A DNA stretch of 64,000 nucleotides from the human T2T-CHM13v2.0 reference genome, Homo sapiens: NCBI RefSeq assembly GCF_009914755.1, contig NC_060931.1; one strand, 5' to 3'. The notes beneath the pieces are model-generated. The model saw only the letters and a program-made list of their open reading frames with translations. It was not told the DNA's origin and did no database searches. The translations under genes and the position numbers were made by a program. Numbering within the stretch: position 1 is the first letter of the stretch; every line of letters begins with the position of its first letter. Positions 14,012 to 27,185 of the stretch are shown one piece after another.

Positions 14012-15859
14012 TCAATAGAATGTATAATTTTTAATCACATTGTTCAGATTTTGACAAATGCATAAACTGCATAATCCACACCTTCCTCAAGATAAAGAAA
14101 AATTTCACCAGCCTAGAAAATTCTCTATCGCTTCATATAAGTTGTTCTTCACTATAGGTTTGTTTTACCTACGCTAGAACTTCATATGAATGGATTATGT
14201 AATATGTACTTTTATAGGTCAAGCCTCCTTTATACAATATCATGTGTTTTGGTCCACCCGTGCTTGTTATATTATCACTACTTCCCTCTCTATATTCTTT
14301 TAATGAAGTAAAATTTTTATAACATAAAGTTTACCATTTTAACCATTTAAAAATATACATCAGTGGGTTAGTGCATTCACAATGTTGTGCAACCATCACC
14401 ACTCTCTCATCCCAGAATATTTCCATCTCCTCAAAAAGAAACCTCATACCAGTTAAGCAGTCATTTCCCATTCCCTCCTAATCACAGCCTCTGGAAATCA
14501 CTAAGCTACTTTCTATCTCTATGAATTTGCTTATTATGGATATTTTATATAATATGAATAATAAAATATGTGACCTTTGTATCTGGTTTCTTTCACTTAG
14601 CATAATGTTTTCCAGATTTGTCCACATTGTGGCTGTATCAGTACATCATTCCTTTTTATGATTGAATAATATTCCATTGTATCGATATACCACATTTTTT
14701 ATCCATTTATCAGTTGATGGGCATTTGGACAGTTTCCACTTTGGGGCTACCGTGAATAATCCTTCTATGAACATTTATGTTTAATTTTTTTTGGAACACG
14801 TATTTTCAGTTCTTGGTAGTGGTTAAGAGTAAAATTTCTAGGTCATATGGTAATTTTATATTTAACTTTTTGAGGAAATGCCAGACTATTTTCCAAAGCA
14901 GTTGTACTCATTTTACACTCCCATCAGCAATGTATGAGAACTCCAATTTCTCCACATTCTCACCAATACTCTTTGAAAAGTTATAGTGTGTGTGAAGTGA
15001 TATCTCATTTTTAAAATTTTTCATTTCCCTAATAACTAGTGATATTTAGCATTTCATTGTTCATGGCTATTTGTCTACCTTCTTTGAAGAAATGAGTGCT
15101 GAAATCATTTGTTTGCTTTTAAATTGGCTTCTTTGTCTTTGTGTTGTTGAACTGTAAGCATGCTTTGAATAGCCTAAATACTACACCCTTATCAGAAATA
15201 ACATTTGCAAATATTTTCTCGTATTTTGTGAGGTTTTTTTCACTTGGTTTTTTTAATAGTGTCTTTTGAGATACAAAAAATTTTAACTTGAATGAAGTTC
15301 AAATTATCTATTTTTTCTTTTGGTGGTTGTATATTTGGTGCCGTATCTCAGTATGTATTGCAAAATCCAAGGCTATGAAGATTGATCTATATTTATTTTT
15401 ACTAAAAAGTTGTATAGTTTTGACTCATATTTAGGGCTTTTATCCATTTTGTGTTAATTTTTGTGAATGGCATAAGATAGGTGTCCAGCTTAATAATTTT
15501 ATATGTGGATATCCAGTATTCCCAGAATTTGTTGAAAAGGCTATTTTTCCCCATTGAATAGTTTTGGTGCCATGTCAAAAATCAATTGACCATGGATTAT
15601 GATGGGTGTATTATTGGACTCTCAATTCTATTCTCTAACCTATATGACTTAGTATCTCATTGTTTTTGTTACTGTAGCTTTATGATAAGTTTTAAAATCA
15701 GGAAGTGTAAGTCCTCCAGTTTTGTTCTTTTTTTTAAAGATTATTTTGGGTATCTGAGTTCCTTTGCAATTTCTTAAGGATATTAGGATTATATTTTTCA
15801 TCTTTGCAAAAATAAAAGTTGGATTTTGTTAAGGAATGGATTGAATCTGTACATTTTTC

Positions 15860-16571
15860 AGTCCATTAATTATCCATATAACTCAAATTAATAGACATGT
15901 TCAAGACACTGGTATATATATACATGGTATGTACCTAATGAAGGGTGAAAAATTCAGGCAATCAAATGGAGTTTTACATCAAATAGGAATTTTTTTCTTC
16001 ACTTAATTACATAAATTTTGCACTTTTCAACAAAGCCGTCGGTAATTTTTGATGTTTTCAACCTTTTTATTTTAGTCATTCTTATTGGTATGTAATGGCT
16101 AAATACAATGCTTTATATTTGATTGAATTACAATTTGTGAGGCATAATATACTTAAACTAAATTTTTAAGTCATTCACTTAGATTTGTCACCCCTGATGA
16201 TGAAGAAAAGTAAATATTTAAAGAGACATTGGTTACCTCAGAAGATTGTCCCCCATCTGTTAAAGGAATCATCTGGCCCCTTAAATTCCAAGATAAGATC
16301 AGTTAGGGAGGGAACTGCCAATATTTACTTTCACCTATCCACTTCATTTGTTTTTCCCTTGACCTATTGAGGATCCTGGAATATGTCCATTAATTATCCA
16401 TAGAACTTGAATTAATAAACATTTTCAATTTTCTGGTATATATATGATGTGTACTTAATGAAGGATGAAGAATTCAGACAATCAAATGGAGCTTTACATC
16501 AAATGGGAAATTTTTTCTTCACTTAATTTCATAAATATTGCAATTTTCAACAAAGCCATTGGTAATTTTTG
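15860..16571 (+). repeat. Direct duplication of about 190 bp (15860-16051 and 16386-16571)
   Basis: Both copies run gtccattaattatccata...caacaaagcc..ggtaatttttg; roughly 85% identical by eye. Confidence 0.92.
16237..16279 (-). pseudogene. Fossil exon GQMIPLTDGGQSSE (last exon of the inverted block)
   Basis: Minus-strand acceptor tcttggaatttaag, donor GAG|gtaacc. 43 nt, open, phase 2-0. Confidence 0.35.
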
Positions 16572-16615
16572 CAAAAATAGCACTTCAAAATATATTTCAG
16601 TTTGATATCTGAGTG
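16364..16615 (-). pseudogene. Fossil exon, PH-like (...IFAKITNGFVENCNIYE...KLKMFINSSSMDN*WTYSRILN)
   Basis: Acceptor tttatatccttttag, donor TAG|gtcaag. 252 nt with several stops; partly duplicated at 15860. Confidence 0.4.
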
Positions 16616-16795
16616 CTAAAAGGATATAAACAACTTTCATATACGTAAAACATTAAAATCAGTTTTCTAAAGAAATCTTTATGGAATTTCTCTAAAAGAA
16701 TCATTTTTTCCATTTATAATATGTGATTTAGGCATTTATAACACTCAGGGAAAAATGAGAGCAATCATAGGAAAAATACCTTTTTAGAATGTTAC

Positions 16796-16859
16796 CATTT
16801 CAGTTTGTCTCAAATTACTTTTAAAGGTATATTTTTGTAAGAGAAGAAATTCAACATAT
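16796..16859 (-). pseudogene. Candidate fossil exon YVEFLLLQKYTFKSNLRQTEM
   Basis: Acceptor tattaaattcag, donor ATG|gtaaca (alternative at 16780). Open frame. Confidence 0.3.
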
Positions 16860-17150
16860 CTGAATTTAATATAGGCTATGGAATGTATGTCCTTTCCTAT
16901 AACAATTTTGTAGAACACCATTATTAGTACATATTGCTCAAGTGAGAGTTTAAAAAACAAAACAACAACAAACATTCCTATGGAATGCATTGATGTTGCA
17001 GAAGTATCTTCTACTAAAATTAATTTAAAGTTATATCATCGTGGCTGATTTAGATTTCAGTGTAGAATATTATGCCTTGTGGTAATTATCTTGTGTCTTT
17101 TAGATTTGATATCATCTTATTATGCTTCTGTAAATTAACCACATTGTCAC

Positions 17151-17279
17151 CAAATAGAATTGGGCCTTGATTATTCAATGTAAAACAGAACCCACGTAGC
17201 CAAGACGTATGATTAAGGTTATTTAATAACTATTAAAGAGACAATTTTGATGCATAAATCTGGAATGCCATCTGTCAAC
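17151..17279 (-). pseudogene. Candidate fossil exon, frame ambiguous
   Basis: Strong acceptor atttcttttcattag, donor TTG|gtgaca. 129 nt, stops in all frames. Confidence 0.3.
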
Positions 17280-17826
17280 CTAATGAAAAGAAATATTATC
17301 TTGCATTTTCTTTTTCTGTTATTGATTTGTGGTGCCCCAAGACCATTTTAAAAATGATTGGTGTAGTCCTTATCTGTCATGGAAACAAATTCATTCCTTG
17401 GGTGGCTGAGCAATATGAGGGGAAATAAATTTCTCAGAAATGTATCCCCTGCAGGTTGCTATCCATTATTGTTATAAGTTTGCAATGGAAATGGCTTTAT
17501 TGCTACATAGAGAATATGATAAAATTTAAAGCTTGTGAAAGATGATTAGAAAACAAGTATAATAAATATATATCACCAACAATATATCAACATATGTAAT
17601 ACATTTATTTATTTAGACAATGTTTTGAGTATATCAAAGCAAATGGGAACAACTCAAATCTGAATGTTAATCCAAAGAATAATAAAAGTGAAAAATTAAT
17701 GCCTTCAGGGAATTCGGAATTAAAATATTCTCCCATTTCCAACATAGAGCATTTACATTTTCTACTTGGATGGCAGGTATGAGCTCTATAAATCAGATTT
17801 CATCATATAAATCTGTTTCACTTTAC

Positions 17827-17877
17827 CTCTTCCACACTGCTTCTAGTCTGAGCTTTAGTAAGGCTTCATGAATCTTT
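17827..17877 (-). pseudogene. Fossil exon (R)KIHEALLKLRLEAVWK(R/S), PH start-like
   Basis: Acceptor attatcttttag, donor GAG|gtaaag. 51 nt, open in phase 2-2, in frame with the 19755-19801 exon. Confidence 0.5.
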
Positions 17878-18740
17878 CTAAAAGATAATCTCAGCAGAAA
17901 AATAAAGCAAAAGTTAGTGGAACTAATTCTGTTACTTGAGTTTAACCTTAGTTCTATGTTATCTTCGGCCACTTTTATATGAACACATCACAGAAGCTGG
18001 GATATGTTATTTTATTGTATTTAAGTAAAATCCCTCGTTTTCATATATCTATACACAGGTAAACATATCTATCTGTTTTAAAACAGTAATATATATTTCA
18101 ACTTATGTGGATATATCAACAAGGATATTAAAGGGTTCATATTTTTATTACAGCAAAAAACTAGAACAAATGTAATGTTCTGCAAAATATACTCATGTCA
18201 TTCTCTCTGGATACTAAGATTTTGCATAATTTTAATAAGGTTCTTCTTATATATATAATTTTGAATTTGTTTTTCCAAGTGACTTTTTGTGATTACAATT
18301 AGCAAAGCTAAATAATTGCCATCTATTGTACATATTACCTATTTTTCATTAAGCTTTGCTTTCTATTTTTTTTAATATCATGATTCCTGGAGGTAGGCAG
18401 GTAGAAAGCAAGATAGCTTTATTAGAGCAAACAAAAATTGAGAAAAATACTGTATAGTATGATTAGAGGATTTATTGTATCAACAGCTGAAGTTTCCCAT
18501 AGTAGCATTTGTGTTTGTAAATCCAAATATAAATCTATATTTTAGTATCTTGGTACCACAGCAGCTAACACTTGAATTTCATTTTATAACTACCTATTCT
18601 ATCAAGCTTAAATATTTCCCATTAAGAATCATTGCAGTCAATAAAAATATGGCTATTATAAGTCTGTCTTTTAAATATCTAGTTTCAATGACTCCATGTT
18701 GAAAGGCCTATCCTTTAAAATGATATTAATCACATTGCAT

Positions 18741-19240
18741 GGTAAGGTCTAAAATTTCAAGTGCTGCTTTGACATTTTTGAGACTCACAAGATCCGTAAA
18801 TCTTACAAGCTCCCCTGCTCTTGCCAAATATGTGTCCTGACCCTCTTACCCCACCCCTCAGCAGGAAAGCACCCCTACCTGGCTAGTTCCTCTATTAGTC
18901 AGATGAGTTGCACTCCACCTGGCTCTCAACCTAACTGTCATTCTGGGGAATTATTCTAACAAACCAATCACATTCTCCTGCAGGAACCAGAAGACAGACA
19001 CCTCATCCTCCTATTACTATAAAGCCTGTCTCCAATATCCCTGTTCACTCTATTACCAAGTAAAAACCCCGTGTAGCCTTGCATGGCATGGGATGTCCTA
19101 GACTGTGAGTATCTGTGACTCATAAACTGCTGTCAGTTTCACTGGGCCAGTGATGGGTGTCATCCATTTGGCCATCTTGTACTATTTAGTCCAGGGGATT
19201 CCCTCATTAACAATGGAGTGAATAGGAGGTGATCAGAATG
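18741..19240 (+). mobile_element. ERVL-class solo LTR (LTR47-like)
   Basis: gtaaggtctaaaat...gtgctgctttgacat start, with CCAAT, TATAAA and a cataaa polyA-like signal. Confidence 0.6.
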
Positions 19241-19754
19241 CACTACGATGAAAGTGAATAATTCATTAAATTACTTTTCATATCTTTGTGAGATTTAAAT
19301 GTCCATATAATAAAGACTTTGCTTTAGCTTAATTTTGTTGTATTAAACCATTCAAAGACAGTAACATAATTTTAGCTTTACCGTAAAAATGCTATCCGCA
19401 AAAGTACATAAAATGGGGTTTAGCAAAAACTAATGGCTTTTCTTTTGAAAATGATAACTTATCCATTTATATTTGCTTATTTAACTCAGGAATAAATAGC
19501 TCTTAGACATGATGCATGCTTGGTGTTCTTGTGTCATACATTAGTCATAAATTTAACATTGCAGCAATGATATTTGAGAATTAAATTGAATTAGTTTTGA
19601 TAGATCCATGAATGATCATCACTATGGACTTCATGCCACATAATTTGTAAGACCTAGCATAGCTGCTTTGTCTTCTCCAATTTAATTACAGATCCTCAAA
19701 ATTTACCTGGGCATTTTTATATTCATGGATTTTTTAAAGCAACAGTTTACTTAC

Positions 19755-19801
19755 CTGCTAATCTTTTCCATCAGTAGCCAATTAAATGGCTAACAGGAAG
19801 T
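19755..19801 (-). pseudogene. Fossil exon TSC*PFNWLLMEKIS(R)
   Basis: Acceptor gtctgtgcattttag, perfect donor CAG|gtaagt. 47 nt. Confidence 0.55.
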
Positions 19802-20244
19802 CTAAAATGCACAGACACATTCACATGCATCACATATATAATTTTCTACACATAATTAAATATAAACTGATAATAAAGGATAAGGGTTGATTATTTGATA
19901 GTGTCATTATAGTGTTTAATTAGGATTCTTGGAGAAAAGGCATAGTTTTAAAAAATAGTCTACAATTAAAAGCATAACTGTATAAGCAAAATCATTGGAG
20001 CAGATAATGCTTAGGGAAGAGGGAGAAGTAAAAGCATTCAAAGGGTCTCACTGGTGAAAGAAATATCTATGTTTTTGCTCTGAAAAGTTGATCAGGTAAG
20101 AGAAGTTGGAGGATAGTGACTGCATTCACTTTTTTTGTGATTTTTCTGTTCTTTAACAAAATGTAGTTTAACAAAAAAGATTTCACTCGTTTCAAAGAAA
20201 ATTAAACTGCAGTAAGATATTTTTCTTCCAAGAAGTAATACATA

Positions 20245-20750
20245 AACCTCTCTTGCACCCTGCCTCCCATCCTCTTAGCCTCCCTTTACTACAGCAATTC
20301 TTGAGACAAGCTGCTGCAAGCAGATGTGACTTGCCATTACATCACCACAGCTGCATCAGGTATCCTTGCTCTCTACTCAGGGCTTGTCTGCTGCCACTGT
20401 GTGGATTGCCTGCAAGGAGCTGCTCAATCTGACTCAGGCATAAGCTTAAAAGTGCAAGGGGATGAACACCCCATGAAGCCACCCATGCCAAATACGGTGT
20501 AGGAACAGATGGATATCTAAAGTCTCTCCTCTTTCTCCTTTTGGGTGGATAATTTCGAGGAGGACCTAGCTCTTCACAGGGCTCTTCACAAGGTTCCTAG
20601 CAGGGTCAGGTCCTAATTGCCCACAAGGCTGGGTGGCTTGGTTACTCACCCTTGGACTTTCTTCTCTCCTCGTTTCACTCTTCGCCTTTCTTTTGATCCC
20701 TTCCCTTTTCTTGTGATCACTTCCTTTTTCTTGGAATCACTTTCTCAAAT
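20245..20750 (+). mobile_element. ERVL LTR16-like solo LTR
   Basis: gggtggataatttcgagg...aattgcccaca... ending gaacctaggctaagaca. Confidence 0.65.
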
Positions 20751-21105
20751 AGATCACCTTTATTTTCTTGGCAGAACCTAGGCTAAGACAAGCTGACAAT
20801 GGTACAAAGTGAGTTAAGATCTGCTGTTTCTTCACCATAGAAGAATATACTAATGGAGATCTCTTTCCTGCTACAAGTGGATAAACAAAACGTACAACGA
20901 AAATAAAACATCACTCAAAATATTCTAAATTCCTGCCAGGGTCAAAAGAAAAAAAGGAAACCCTTGGTACCAAGCTACAATAGGGGAAAAAGAGCTAAAG
21001 AAGAAAGGCCAGGCACTGAAGCTCCAGTGACCTAGCGCGAGAGCCATCCAAGTATAAATACAAAGATGAAAATCATCCAACTACATTTCTTAGCCAATTT
21101 CATAC

Positions 21106-21281
21106 CAGATTCTCACAAATAATGACTGCTTTTTCATTGAAATATTTAGTTGTTAACTAAATTGGCCAGATAACTGATTTTTGGAGCCATATAGTCGTGC
21201 TTCAATATAATAGGGATACTTGTTTCTTTCCCAATAATGAATATGAATCTATGTTCTCTTCTCCTTGTCATTAGTTATAAA
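21106..21281 (-). pseudogene. Fossil exon, possibly RA/ubiquitin-like (HRFIFIIGKETSIPIILKHDYMAPKISYLANLVNN ... KAVIICENL)
   Basis: Acceptor aaatttcttacag, donor CTG|gtatga. 176 nt, frameshifted. Confidence 0.45.
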
Positions 21282-22293
21282 CTGTAAGAAATTTCAGTAA
21301 AGCATAAGTAGTAAATACTATACTACCACAAAATCCAGCAGTTTATTTTTTATCTTTGTTTAACATTCTTAGCCCATCCCACTGCATTTTAGACTTAATT
21401 TTCAACACCGTCAAAGATATGGTCCCTTATTTAAGATGCCATCTAGAGTATAATAGCATTTCTCTGAGTTGTCAAATTTTACCTTTGTAATTAATGAGAA
21501 ATTATTTATTTAGGTTAATTATCCTGATTTATCAAGCAGACACTTTAAAATCATAGTGATAGTTCTCTGTATTTTAATGAATGAAGAACATATGAAGAGA
21601 AGTGTTTTATAATATATTGAATTTAATTTTTCATAGAAGAAAATAGGGTTTCTGCCATTGCTGGCAGTTTATAATTACTTTTAAATCTCAATTGCCTTAG
21701 GAAAATAGTCATTTGATTATAAAATCACTGTATGCACCTTCTCTTGCCATTGCATTACCAAGCCTTTCACAGTGATTATAAAAAAGCATATTTTAATTGT
21801 ATTGTATTTGATGTATTTATACTATATTAAAATCTCTTTGAATTATAGAAGATTTTAATATTTGAGTGCTAATAAGAGTCAATGTATAGAACTGAAAAAT
21901 TTAAATGCCCTTTGCATGTGGACAATACACATTTTATTAATGTCATTTCAGTAGATATTATCTCTGGAGCTTTTATCTTGATAATTATTTGGGATATTTT
22001 AATTTGGTGAGTTATAATGTCAATGAAACCAAAGTTTAAAAGTTAATTTCATAAGGGAAATTTTTCTTAGCAGAAAGGCCAACTGCCACGTGGAGAAACA
22101 CATCATCTTTAACTTGTACACATGCCCCAAGCCTTGGTACTGTGAAAAACCATGGCTGTTGTCATAGACCTTCACCCTTAGAAATTATAATGCCATTGTA
22201 TCCCTTACTGTATTAATTCACTAGTAATTTATATCAGATTGTCTTTCAAATGGATAATTTTTCCTCCAAAATAGTTTATTTTTGTATGAAATA

Positions 22294-22670
22294 TGTATTA
22301 GTCCATTCTCATGCTGCTATGAAGAACTGCCTGAGACTGGGTAATTTATAAAGGAAAGAGGTATAATTGACTCACAGTTCCGCATGGCTGCTGAGGCTGC
22401 AGGAAACTTACAATCGTGGTGGATGGGGAAGCAAACACGTCCTTCTTCACATGATGGCAGAAAGGAGATGTGCCAAGCAAAAGAGGGAAAAGCCCCTTAT
22501 AAAACCATCAGATCTCATGAGAACTCACTCACTATCATGAGAACAGCATGAGGGTAACTGTCCCCCTGATTCAATTACCTCCCATCGGGTCCCTTCCATG
22601 ACACATGGGGATTGTGGGAACTACAATTTAAGGTGAGATTTGGGTGGGGACACACAGCCAAACCATATCA
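22294..22670 (-). mobile_element. THE1 (MaLR) solo LTR
   Basis: tgtattagtccattctcatgctgct...cacagccaaaccatatca. Confidence 0.93.
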
Positions 22671-22772
22671 AAATCTTTTGCCAGCTATAAAGTAACTTAT
22701 GATTTGCAAGTGATTGTGGCACTGAGAATATAACACTTAGGAGCCTATATGTTTGTTGAGTGAATGTAAATA

Positions 22773-23844
22773 TATTGGAGGAACCAGCCCCCAATATTTC
22801 AACATAGGTTCTTTTCTATTTTCCCTAAGTGTCGGCCGGTCTGAGAAATAAAGAGAAAGAGCACAAAGAGAGAAATTTTACAGCTGGGCTGCCAGGGTAG
22901 ACATCACATATTGGTAGGTTCCGTGATGCCCACCTGAGCCACAAAACCAGCAAGTTTTTATTAGGGATTTTGAAAGGGGAGGAGGGTACAAATAGGGAGT
23001 GGGTCACAGAGATCACATGCTTCCTAGGGCAATAAAAGATCACAAGGCAAATCGCGGAACAAGATCACAAGCCCAGGGCAAAATTAGAATTACTGATGAG
23101 GTTCCATGTCCCACTGGGCACGCATTGTCATTGATAAACATCTTAACAGGAAACCAGGTTCCAGAGCAGACAACCAGTTGCCAGGCTGGAATTTCCTAAT
23201 CCTAGCAAGCCTGAGGGCATTGCAGGAGACCAGGGCATATTTCATCCCTTATCTTCAACTGCATAAGACGGTTGAAGACACTCCCAGAGTGGCCATTTTA
23301 GAGACCTCTCCCCTGGGAATGCATTCCCTTCCCAGGGTTATTCCTTGCTGGGAAAAGAATTCAGCAATATTTCTCCTATTCGCTTTCTGCAAGAAGGGAA
23401 ATATGACTCTGTTCTGCCTGGCCCCACAGGCAGTCAGACCTTATGGTTATCTCCCTTGTTCCCTGAAAATCGCTGTTATCCTGTTCTTTTTCAAGGTGCC
23501 TAGATTTCATATTGTTCAAACACACGTTTTAAAATTTGTACAGATAATGCAATCATCACAGGGTCCTGAGGCGACATATATCATCAGCTTACAAAGATGA
23601 TGGGATTAAGAAATTAAAGTAAAGACAGGCATAGGAAATTATAAGAGTATTGATTGGGGAAGTGATAAATGTCCATGAAATCTTCACAATTTACGTTCAG
23701 AGATTGCAGTAAAGACAGGTGTAAAAAATTATAAAAGTATTAATTTGGGGAACTAATAAATGTCTGTGAAATCTTCACAACTTATATTCTTCTGCAGTGG
23801 CTTCAGCCAGTCCCTCCTTTCGGGGTCTCTGACTTCCCGCAACA
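22773..23844 (-). mobile_element. MER11 (HERV-K11) solo LTR
   Basis: Ends gacttcccgcaaca; 6-bp TSD taaata (22767-72 and 23845-50); about 1.07 kb. Confidence 0.9.
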
Positions 23845-24037
23845 TAAATATAATAATGTTTGTATATCAGGTGCAGATAAATAGCCATTAAGGTTGGTAT
23901 TTTAGCATCTAAGTATTTTTTCACTCAGTTGGGTCTTAGAACAGAAAACATGCTATTTTCTAATTATTGGTATATACATCCTTATTGCTACATTGATCCA
24001 ACATATTCTTAGGAATTTACAGTTTTTGTATATTTAC

Positions 24038-24161
24038 CTTTGTATATGTACTTCTATTTTTTAAATTCCTACCATTAGAAATTAATATATTTGAAAGTTC
24101 TGGGAATGAATACATTTTAACATTATTGAAGGAATTATGTGATATATTCCAACTGTCATAA
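24038..24161 (-). pseudogene. Candidate fossil exon YDSWNISHNSFNNVKMYSFPELSNILISNGRNLKNRSTYTK
   Basis: Acceptor catactctcctctag, donor AAG|gtaaat. 124 nt, one open frame. Confidence 0.4.
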
Positions 24162-24569
24162 CTAGAGGAGAGTATGATTACTCTAGAATGTTACACATGG
24201 TAGCTGTGTGTGTGAGTGTCTGTGTGTTTAGGGAGAAAAAAATTATTTGGGGGGAGATGTGATCACAGGATAGCAGAGATGTTAAAAAGGAGGTATGAGT
24301 TTATGTTAGAAAAATTCTAGGATGCCTCTGGACTAAACTGGACTTAAGTTATTTTATGACTACTAACAATTACTCTCCAAGGAAAGATAAGATATAAATA
24401 TAAAACCAGTGAATAGTCGTATTAGGAGGAAAGCACTTAAAAAAAAGACACAAAGTCTATTTAGCCAGAGGTCAAACAAACATTAATAGAATGAAATAAA
24501 TGAGTTTGCTGAGTTCAAAGACAAAAATAAACCACACATTAGCTTTAACTAAATATCTACTTTTAAAGA

Positions 24570-24571
<2 letters not shown>

Positions 24572-24621
<50 letters not shown>
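24572..24621. repeat. (TA)n microsatellite
   Basis: Direct reading. Confidence 0.97.
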
Positions 24622-24627
<6 letters not shown>

Positions 24628-25049
24628 TCCAATTTATGTTATAAATCCTTTTTTGTCTTCAAATGATGTTTTTCTGGGGAATATCTCTAAATTGACTTCT
24701 TAAATGCCATGCATATATACTTTAATTCCCCTAGTAAGTCTTCAATGACATAGAATTGGATAATATGGCCATCTTGATTAAACTTCCACATTTTACTAAA
24801 AAAAGAACCTGAGAGCATAGTTGGAGGTTGGACTGGTCATGGCTATAATGGGAGGCTGGGAAAAGGGTAGAGAAAAATGACCTTCTTTCCTGCTGGGCAA
24901 GTGGTCTCTGAAGCTTCAGAGGTTTCTATTTGGCTGTCTTATAGATCCTGCCCACAGTCATAAAGAAAATGACCAGAAGCAAGAACTTGGAGGTAAAATT
25001 TTGTCTTCTACTCTTAAAATTATTAGGGACCTAGTCATTACCTAACAAA

Positions 25050-27185
25050 AAACTTCTAAATAATCGATTCAAGGAAAGTAAAAGAAAATATTTTAAAAGA
25101 ATGATCTGAGATGGACGAGGGCATGGTACACAAAATTTGGTAAACATTGGTAAATCTAAACATACAAGCATGAATTATGATAGCAATATTCAAATCGTGG
25201 TGTTACAGAAATACAAAAAGAACTAAAATTCTGGAATGTTTGGGGGAAAATAGCATAGATAATGAGAGAGAACTGGTTTTTTAAAATGTCCTTTTATTGT
25301 TCAGTAGAAGGGTAGAGATGTTGACTAACTTTGGACTTCATCTATACATGTTAAACATTATAACAGAATGCAAAATGTTTATCATTATAAAGACAACTGT
25401 AGAAGGATAAGAAAGTAAAACAAATAAAAAGCAATAAAATGATAAAATCCAAATATGGTAGAAGACAACTAGTAGGACTATCATTTCCACTGAGGATATT
25501 AAGGTATTATCAGACTAAGACAATAAACAAATCAATAACAATGGAAATATATGTTCTATTTATAAGAGATTTATATAAAACTCAAGTACAGAAAAGCTAG
25601 ACGAGCCTTAAATATTTTCCTGACTGATTGAGATCTGGCATTCTGATTTAAAAACACGTTAGTCAATGATTAACTCAGTGAAGTAGGGATTGTGGCCTTT
25701 AAATTCCATTTCCCACTACAGCAAGTCAGGTTTCTTGGAGAAATGTCTGATTCCAGGTCTAGGAAAAAATAGGGTAAAAGATCCTGGGGTTTCTTATTGT
25801 AACAGAAAGTGAGATAGGTATTTAAGACTACTAAAGTTGTATAAAGAACTCTAAAACCAAATTGTAAGGTCCTTCTATTTCATGAGCACCAAAAAGAATA
25901 AGAATAATGCGATGCAACATATTGTATATGTTAAAAATCAGTTAAAAAGAATTCGTTTTTCATTGTCCAAATGTGGATCATCTATGGAAACACTTTATAA
26001 TTCTAAAACCCAGTGAATTAAATGAAAAAGCAAGCATTTATCTTCCATTTATTGTAAAATCTGCACCTCAAGTTAACCAAATAGTAGATGAATAAGTGTT
26101 TGCCTCTATAGAAAAACACGCAGCTGATAAATGTACAAGGAACAATTGAGTTGGAATTCTACCACTTTGCAATAGAGATTTTTGGATCTCTGTAATTACT
26201 GAATCTTTGTAATATCAATGTCGGCTGACACTAGTGAGTGAAAAGCAGATGGGAAACTTTTTATTTATTTATTTATTTTTGAGATGGAGTCTTGCTCTGT
26301 CACCCAAGCTGGAGTGCAATGGCACGATCTCTGCTCACTGCAACCTCTGCCTCAGCCTCTCAAGTAGCTGGGACTACAGGGGAATGCCACCACGCCTGGC
26401 TAATTTTTGTATTTTTTTAGTAGAGACAGTGTTTCGCCATGTTGGCCAGCTGGTCTCAAAATCCTGACCTCAGGTGATCCACCCGTCTTGGCCTCCCAAA
26501 GTGCTGGGATTACAGGTGTGAGCCACCGCCCCTGCCAGGAAATTTTTTAATGAATGAGTGGAGGTGGCAACACCTGAACCTATTGACCAATCTCAAAAAG
26601 AAAAGCAGTCACTTGTTAGGTGCCTTCAGATATGGTGCAAAAAAAAAAAAAAAAAAAAAAAAAGAAATAAAAGCTATATTCATTTTTGACAAAATCCTAA
26701 TCTATTAGTCTGTCATTTTGTGGGAAGTACAAGAGACAAAGAAACAGGAATGCAATTAGCAAAATCTAATCTTTAGAAAATGTTTTAAGAAAAATAGTCC
26801 AGGTTCTTCAATAAATAAATTGAATAATGAAAGTGAGAGAAGAAAGCTACAAAAGAAAAAATATGTAGACATATTAAGTAAAAGAAATGGAACCAAAGTG
26901 TAGACATTTGAATTTAAACTAAATATTTGATGGTATATAGCAATTACTATTATTTAGGATTATAATGCTATTGTGGTTATGTTTTTTAAAAGAGTATCTC
27001 TTAAAGATACATCATAAAGTAGAGAATAAGTTTTAATAGGTTTTGTGTTTGTTTCAAAATAAGTACAAAGTGGAAGGAATAGATAAAGCAATATTGGTCA
27101 TTTGTTGAAGCTGTTTAATGGAAATATGAATGCCCTTTATACTATTCTAATTTGGCAGATGTTTAAAAATAATAAAAAGTTGAAA
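25050..27185 (+). mobile_element. Old, degenerate L1 (L1MC/ME-type)
   Basis: A-rich L1M 3'UTR-like motifs, ending aataaaaagtt. Confidence 0.55.
26258..26536 (-). mobile_element. AluS with internal deletion
   Basis: Antisense Alu; TSD approximately ggaaa(c/t)ttttt. Confidence 0.95.

Larger units (their letters stand above)
12930..16100 (-). mobile_element. Old L1ME 3' end with nested L1MB (about 14295-15855)
   Basis: Antisense L1 3' motifs (ttttgacaaatgcata; gcattcacaatgttgtgcaaccatcacc; tcccatcagcaatgtatgaga). Confidence 0.85.

Noticed and set aside
23106-23600. 164-aa ORF
   Set aside because: Lies wholly inside the MER11 LTR; no recognisable protein features.
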